DNA of 63,536 bases, filler included, from Aduncisulcus paluster (Eukaryota): assembly GCA_024181965.1 (NCBI GenBank). It is 8 parts of 8 records of this genome, joined end to end, with 100 filler letters (N's around TTAATTAATTAA, not from the genome) between each part and the next. Parts side by side here need not be neighbours in the genome. Positions count along the whole stretch, not along the records: positions 60,639 to 63,536 come from BQXS01011348.1; 7 more parts are not named here. One strand, written 5' to 3'. Below the pieces are notes generated by a model. The model saw only the letters and a program-made list of their open reading frames with translations. It did not search any database and had not been told where the DNA came from. A program made the translations under genes and the position numbers. Of this stretch, positions 62,163 to 63,536 are shown piece after piece; positions within the stretch are counted from its first letter, which is position 1; each line of letters opens with the position of its first letter.

Positions 62163-63536
62163 ATGTTTGCAATTAACCATCCAACATTAACTAAAATACA
62201 AAGAGATATTATAATGAGACTTGCTCTATTTGCTTCTCGACATGGTGATGAGTTAGTTTCTGAAATTGCGAAAAGAGAGAAAGAAAATCCTTTATTTGGT
62301 TTTATACGTCCTGAATCTGTTTTATATCCGTATTTTTGTTCCTTGAGAGATGTTTATTCCCGTATTATTGATGATCCTACTATTATTGATTATAATCCTT
62401 CATATGAAGATCTTAAGGGAGATTCATCTGATAATGCGCCTCAAATTGCATCAAAAACTACTGAAATTGATTGGAGTGACTTTGAGATTGTTGGAAGAGT
62501 TTCATTTACCTCTCGAGAAGTGAAGCAGCTCCCATTTGCTAAATTTCCTCCTCCACCTCCAAACTACCAATCTTTTTCAACATTACATCAACCGACAAAG
62601 ATATCTACAAGTTTAGTATCCTCACACATCACTCTTTCCGGTGCCCATATTGTTTCTGATGTGTTGCAGACCATTTCTCAAAAGAAGCATTCTTCGATCA
62701 CTGGTGGTGTTGATACGAGTGGTTCTATTCCCTCTGATGATGTTCCAATGATCTCTGACATGCCTCTCCCTGGATATTCGCTCTGTCCTCTATGTAACCA
62801 GTTTGTCCATCCTTTGTACATTTCCGAGCATGTTCAGAGAGAAGTCCAGAGTGGTCAATGGGAAAGGGAGAAAAGGGACTGGCAGGAGAAACAGAGGGTT
62901 GTTCGGGGCATGCAGATTGATGACGCACAGTTGTGGGAAGGAATCGTGAAGGTTATGAAGAGGAATGAGCCAGATATCGCTATAGATGGCACTCATCCGC
63001 TCTATCAAGGCGAAATGTCAGAGACACTGCATGATACTGATGGTGCAACATCCACTGAAGGTCATTTAACGGTGGACTATAAGAGCAGAGAAGCTTCTTC
63101 AACTCATCATTCTGAAATGGAAAGAACTGACTTGAAAAAGGAAGAAGAGGAAGAAAAAAGAGGAGAAAGACGTGTTGTTGACGATATATCAATGGGAAAA
63201 GATGAAGAGAGGGAGAGAAAAGGAGTGAAGATGGAAGAAGGAGAGGATTCAATAATTGATCAGAAACCTGAGAAAGAAGAGGAAAATCCTGAGAAAGAAG
63301 AGGAAGAACCAATTATATTCACATTTATTATTACAATTCCACCAAACCCTAAACAGAAATTGATGAAAGAAGGAGGATCTGTTGAGATAGTTGTGGGATC
63401 AACGGAGGAATTACAAGTTAAAATGTTTGAAATGACAGGTGTTCCAGTGAAAAAACAAAGATTTCAGGATTCTGTGTCGAAATCTTTCTTGGATGTCAAA
63501 ATACCATTACAAGAACAAAGCATTGGGAAAGACCTT
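62163..63536 (+). CDS. SF3A1: Splicing factor SF3A1/Prp21 (U2 snRNP); runs off the window end; absent from the ORF track
   Basis: MFAINHPTLTKIQRDIIMRLALFASRHGDELVSEIAKREKENPLFGFIRPESVLYPYF (SURP2); EIDWSDFEIVGRVSF (IDWHDF motif); CPLCNQFV....SEHVQ; C-terminal ubiquitin-like 'KMFEMTGVPVKKQRF'. Confidence 0.88.
   Translation, partial: MFAINHPTLTKIQRDIIMRLALFASRHGDELVSEIAKREKENPLFGFIRPESVLYPYFCSLRDVYSRIIDDPTIIDYNPSYEDLKGDSSDNAPQIASKTTEIDWSDFEIVGRVSFTSREVKQLPFAKFPPPPPNYQSFSTLHQPTKISTSLVSSHITLSGAHIVSDVLQTISQKKHSSITGGVDTSGSIPSDDVPMISDMPLPGYSLCPLCNQFVHPLYISEHVQREVQSGQWEREKRDWQEKQRVVRGMQIDDAQLWEGIVKVMKRNEPDIAIDGTHPLYQGEMSETLHDTDGATSTEGHLTVDYKSREASSTHHSEMERTDLKKEEEEEKRGERRVVDDISMGKDEERERKGVKMEEGEDSIIDQKPEKEEENPEKEEEEPIIFTFIITIPPNPKQKLMKEGGSVEIVVGSTEELQVKMFEMTGVPVKKQRFQDSVSKSFLDVKIPLQEQSIGKDL

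Noticed and set aside
1-63536. Alternative genetic code (TAR=Gln as in hexamitids, or TGA=Trp)
   Set aside because: Conserved genes end properly at TAA (SMC1, RPL41), TAG (phospholipase B) and TGA (NADK, TRM6). The only internal TGA is in a transposase.

Overview
Gene-dense, AT-rich eukaryotic (protist) nuclear DNA in the standard genetic code. It is not one locus: eight contigs are joined by artificial N44-TTAATTAATTAA-N44 linkers, and four N20 scaffold gaps have duplicated flanks. The expanded repeat-kinase and ARM-like families and the short, 5'-biased GTATGT introns resemble a free-living metamonad (Fornicata, e.g. Aduncisulcus/Carpediemonas-like). That assignment is an inference from recall, not a database result. 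Recognisable genes: SMC1 (3' part), NAD kinase, phospholipase B-like, REEP/Yop1, tRNA-Pro(AGG), NCL-type Na+/Ca2+ exchanger, Nup54, a CatSper2-type channel subunit, a probable divergent MKS1, TRM6, RTF1-like, TBC1D31-like, a two-exon eL41 missed by the ORF track, a hAT transposase broken by one TGA, and SF3A1. The most striking item is a CatSper2 orthologue (sperm-type flagellar Ca2+ channel) tail-to-tail with a ciliary transition-zone gene. Also notable: a kinase with six tandem ~180-aa putative jelly-roll domains, TBC1D31 without WD40 repeats, SF3A1 without SURP1, and a palindrome-rich putative transposon end.
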